The translations under genes were made by a program, and so were the position numbers. Below the pieces are notes generated by a model. It did no database searches, was not told where the DNA came from, and saw only the letters and a program-made list of their open reading frames with translations. DNA of 60,693 bases, counting the filler, from Globobulimina sp. (taxonomy: Eukaryota), in the NCBI GenBank assembly GCA_003354225.1. It is 18 parts of 18 records of this genome, joined end to end, with 100 filler letters (N's around TTAATTAATTAA, not from the genome) between each part and the next. Parts side by side here need not be neighbours in the genome. Positions count along the whole stretch, not along the records: positions 57,419 to 60,693 come from PIVH01003233.1; 17 more parts are not named here. The stretch is one strand, 5' to 3'. Below are positions 57,419 through 60,693 of the stretch, in pieces. How positions within the stretch are numbered: position 1 is the stretch's first letter; each line of letters begins with the position of its first letter.

Positions 57419-57855
57419 AAGAGTTTGTGGCTAATAATATTAATATACTGGATGTGTCATGCGGTGCGGAACACACATTGGCCATTGACGATAAATATAG
57501 GATATATGCATGGGGTGCAAACAAATTTGGTCAATGTGGCAGCTCGAGTTCGGGTCGCACCGTTATTCCCGCCATTATTCACACATTAAGACACAGACAA
57601 ATTAAATCAATTAAATGCGGATTTTCTCATTCGTTGGCCTGCACATTTGATAATGAATATTTTTTATGGGGAACTAACAAGAACAATGAATGTGTGGTTC
57701 CTAATAAAGAATATGCAGACGAACAGAATAAAAAACAATGCCAAAAGCAACCTTGTTTAATAAATGAAATAATTCAACAAAAGTGTGACGGGCGGAAAGT
57801 GAAAGGCATTTATTTAGGATGCCGCAATACAAAATTACTGGTCATTCATTCTTAA
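57419..57855 (+). CDS. RCC1-repeat protein C-terminal fragment
   Basis: VSCGAEHTLA..YAWGANKFGQCG and IKCGFSHSLA..LWGTN motifs. Confidence 0.85.
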
Positions 57856-57879
57856 AATATAAAAGTATTAATTATTGGC

Positions 57880-58899
57880 TTACCATATTTCTAATTTTGA
57901 TTCTTTTCCATAATAAATTTTTGAATATTTCTGATATAATGTTTGCAATTTGTCCACATACATTTGATGATGTTTGGTCACCATATCATTTGTGATTTGT
58001 TCATTATTTTTCAACTTTGGTGGTAGCAATGGAGTGTCAACCACAACATTCAGCCTTTTATTCCTCGGCAATATCGGACAAAACCAGCGACCAAATGGCA
58101 AAACGGCAGGGATTCCATAATCACTTAACCATAATCTGAATTTAGCACAACCAGACACATTATAAAATGTGTCCTTTTCGCCAAAGCCAAAAATGGGAGT
58201 CAGACTGTAGCCGTATTTTATGGCATATTTAATAAAACCTTTTCGTTTCTTCAAATATATTCTATCTCTTTTATTTGAGTGCAAACTCGCTTCGTGAAAG
58301 CCACCCGGAACAATGGCACAATTTCTTTGAGCTTCCATAATTTGAGAAACACTTTTTTTATCACATCCTGCTGCGGCACCACTGAGCCGACACAATAAAC
58401 GAAAAAATGGCGACATATACAATGCGTTGGAAAACATGAAAGTTGTTTCTATTGTTTGTGGAGCACAAAACAGCCATCCCAACGCTTGACAAAATATGCC
58501 GTGCGGATGAACACATATTAATGTTGGAATAGCCTCGATTTTATTTGCATCATCAATGTCTTTTTGTGAGTGTGGTTTTGAGGCAATATGCCATCCCAAC
58601 GAGATGTTTTCGTAATACTTGGAATACGCCGAAAACAATAAATTACGAATACAGGAACTCCGCAGATATTTGTCCATACTTTTCCCACTATATGAAATTG
58701 CACAGATTGCGATGATAAGAGTTGATAAAAAATAATATCCTTTCAATAAGCATACAGCTAAAATTATAGGAGAGAGTAAGGATGTGATCCATACTACGAT
58801 ATACATAGTCATGCACATTTCGCCAACAATACTTCTGCCTTCGATTGTGCTCTGGTATGAAAAGTCGATTGGTGTGTCATGATCAGTCTGCTCTGCCAT
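57880..58899 (-). CDS. DGAT2: Diacylglycerol acyltransferase 2 / MOGAT family
   Basis: HPHG, VPGG..EA, RKGFIKYAIKYG..L.P..GFGE motifs. Confidence 0.9.
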   Translation of the reverse strand: MAEQTDHDTPIDFSYQSTIEGRSIVGEMCMTMYIVVWITSLLSPIILAVCLLKGYYFLSTLIIAICAISYSGKSMDKYLRSSCIRNLLFSAYSKYYENISLGWHIASKPHSQKDIDDANKIEAIPTLICVHPHGIFCQALGWLFCAPQTIETTFMFSNALYMSPFFRLLCRLSGAAAGCDKKSVSQIMEAQRNCAIVPGGFHEASLHSNKRDRIYLKKRKGFIKYAIKYGYSLTPIFGFGEKDTFYNVSGCAKFRLWLSDYGIPAVLPFGRWFCPILPRNKRLNVVVDTPLLPPKLKNNEQITNDMVTKHHQMYVDKLQTLYQKYSKIYYGKESKLEIW

Positions 58900-58947
58900 C
58901 TAGTTTGTACTAAAGAAGCTAGGTTTTAAAAAAATTAACAACATTAT

Positions 58948-60648
58948 TTATGAAAAACAGACAACAATGACAACCACTACAATATACATATTATTATTTT
59001 TTTGCTTTGTGTCACTTTCATTTGGACTGGGATAATTGGGATTTGAACTGGGATAATTGGTAGGATTTGAACTGGGATAATTGGTAGGATTTGAACTGGG
59101 ATAATTGGTAGGATTTGAACTCTGATAATTGGTTGGAATGTTGGTACTGTAATAATTGGTCGGATTTGAAGTTGGATAATTGGTAGGATTATGTGAATGA
59201 TTTGTAGGAGCTGAACTTGGTGCCGCTGTAAAACCAGACCCAATGTCAACCACTAATAAATTATTGCCCATTTCATTTGCTTCATCTCCTCTGTTATTCG
59301 TATCACCATATCCTAATTCACCATGATTATTCTCTCCCCAACACTTCACTGCATTACTGGTCGACAATGCGCAGGTATGACCATGTCCTGCTACAATCTG
59401 TATTGCGTTAAAACCAATTCCCAAATCAATCACTCTTAAACTGTCTCCCATTTCATTTGCTGCATCTCCTCTGTTATTCGTATAACCATATCCTAATTCA
59501 CCATAACCATTATACCCCCAACACTTCACTGCATTATTGGCTGACACTGCACAGTTATGATGATATCCTGCTACAATCTGTATTACATTAAAACCACTCC
59601 CCAAATCAATCACTCTTAAACTATCTCCCATTTCATTTGCTGCATTTCCTCTGTGCTTAGTATCACCATATCCTAATTGACCAAAGTCATTCCTTCCCCA
59701 ACACTTAACTGCATGGCTGGTCGACAATGCGCATGTGTGGGAAAATCCTGCTACAATCTGTGTTGCGTTAAAACCAATTCCCAAGTCAATCACTAATAAA
59801 TTATCTCCCATTTCATTTGCTCCATCTCCTCTGTTATTAGTATCACCATATCCTAATTCACCATAATTATTAAACCCCCAACACTTCACTGCATTATTGG
59901 CTGACACTGCACATGTTTGAAATTGTCCTGCTGCAATCTGTGTTGTGTTAAAACCAGTCCCCAAATCAATCACTAATAAATTATTGCCCATTTCGTTTGC
60001 TCCATCTCCTCTGTTATTCGTATCACCATATCCTAATTGACCATACATATTCCATCCCCAACACTTCACTGCGTAACTGGTCGACAATGCACATGTGTGA
60101 TGAGAGCCTGCTACAATCTGTATTGCGTTAAAACCAGTTCCCAAATCAATGTTTAATAAATTAGTGCCCATTTCCTTTGCTCCATCTCCTCTGTGCTTAG
60201 TATCACCATATCCTAATTGACCATATTCATTATACCCCCAACACTTCACTGCATTGCTGGTCGATAATGCGCATGTATGGAAATATCCTGCTACAATCTG
60301 TGTTGGTGTAAAAGCAGAGCCAATGTCAACCTCTAATAAATAAATACCCATTTCATTGCCTCCATCTCCTCTGTTATACCAATCACCATATCCTAATTGA
60401 CCCCGAGTATTCACTCCCCAACATTTCAATGCATGGCTGTTTGATAATGCACAGCTATGAGAACCGCCAGATGTAATATTTCCAGTTATACATTTTTTAA
60501 AACATAATCCAATGATAAACAGTAAAATGGTTTTAAATCCTTTGTCAACGACACAATCCGACAAACTGTCTCTTGCTCCAATCATAATATCAGAAAACAA
60601 CGATAAAATAAACGCAACTGATTCTTTTAATTCAGTTGTTTGTGTCAA
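58948..60648 (-). CDS. Cell-surface RCC1/BLIP-II repeat protein with a P/S/T/N stalk and C-terminal hydrophobic segment
   Basis: Seven 60-aa repeats (AG..HTCAL...VKCWG.N.YGQLGYGD), then PSSNPTNY repeats and MYIVVVVIVVCFS. The start is uncertain. Confidence 0.9.
   Translation of the reverse strand: MTQTTELKESVAFILSLFSDIMIGARDSLSDCVVDKGFKTILLFIIGLCFKKCITGNITSGGSHSCALSNSHALKCWGVNTRGQLGYGDWYNRGDGGNEMGIYLLEVDIGSAFTPTQIVAGYFHTCALSTSNAVKCWGYNEYGQLGYGDTKHRGDGAKEMGTNLLNIDLGTGFNAIQIVAGSHHTCALSTSYAVKCWGWNMYGQLGYGDTNNRGDGANEMGNNLLVIDLGTGFNTTQIAAGQFQTCAVSANNAVKCWGFNNYGELGYGDTNNRGDGANEMGDNLLVIDLGIGFNATQIVAGFSHTCALSTSHAVKCWGRNDFGQLGYGDTKHRGNAANEMGDSLRVIDLGSGFNVIQIVAGYHHNCAVSANNAVKCWGYNGYGELGYGYTNNRGDAANEMGDSLRVIDLGIGFNAIQIVAGHGHTCALSTSNAVKCWGENNHGELGYGDTNNRGDEANEMGNNLLVVDIGSGFTAAPSSAPTNHSHNPTNYPTSNPTNYYSTNIPTNYQSSNPTNYPSSNPTNYPSSNPTNYPSSNPNYPSPNESDTKQKNNNMYIVVVVIVVCFS
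59027..59192. repeat. 24-bp coding tandem repeat (PSSNPTNY)
   Basis: ACTGGGATAATTGGTAGGATTTGA units on the + strand. Confidence 0.85.
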
Positions 60649-60693
60649 TGATATATGTTTTTGTTTGCGTTTCTTGTGATATATGAAAAGGAA

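Overview
This window is not one locus. It is 18 unrelated short contigs, length-sorted from 3279 down to 3275 bp and joined by 17 artificial 100-nt spacers (N-run + TTAATTAATTAA + N-run), so nothing can be inferred across spacers. Most contigs are AT-rich, very gene-dense eukaryotic DNA with short GT-AG introns (53-122 nt, mode 60). A highly divergent alpha-tubulin, an NRT2 nitrate transporter, caspase-like, orphan 7TM, RCC1/PT-repeat and ART-like genes point to a foraminiferan (Retaria); this is an inference. Recognisable genes include glucosidase I, Amt, a sulfatase, an ITIH-like protein, an SDR, mL46, alpha-tubulin, NRT2, two YtcJ-like amidohydrolases, GH18, GT34, SET, BCKDHA and DGAT2. Two bacterial fragments (pncA plus the start of pncB; flgK) are fused to non-bacterial DNA inside contigs, either as amplification chimeras or HGT. 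The most striking observations are four. (1) A single-pass receptor-like protein with a Cys-rich ectodomain and an intact cytoplasmic caspase-like domain. (2) A perfect Y-shaped three-way hairpin followed by three tandem arrays, resembling the terminus of a linear replicon. (3) A PH / PBZ-like / ADP-ribosyltransferase protein. (4) A satellite-flanked, intronless bromodomain ORF with a possible cysteine-protease domain. All family calls come from motif recognition by eye, not from database searches.
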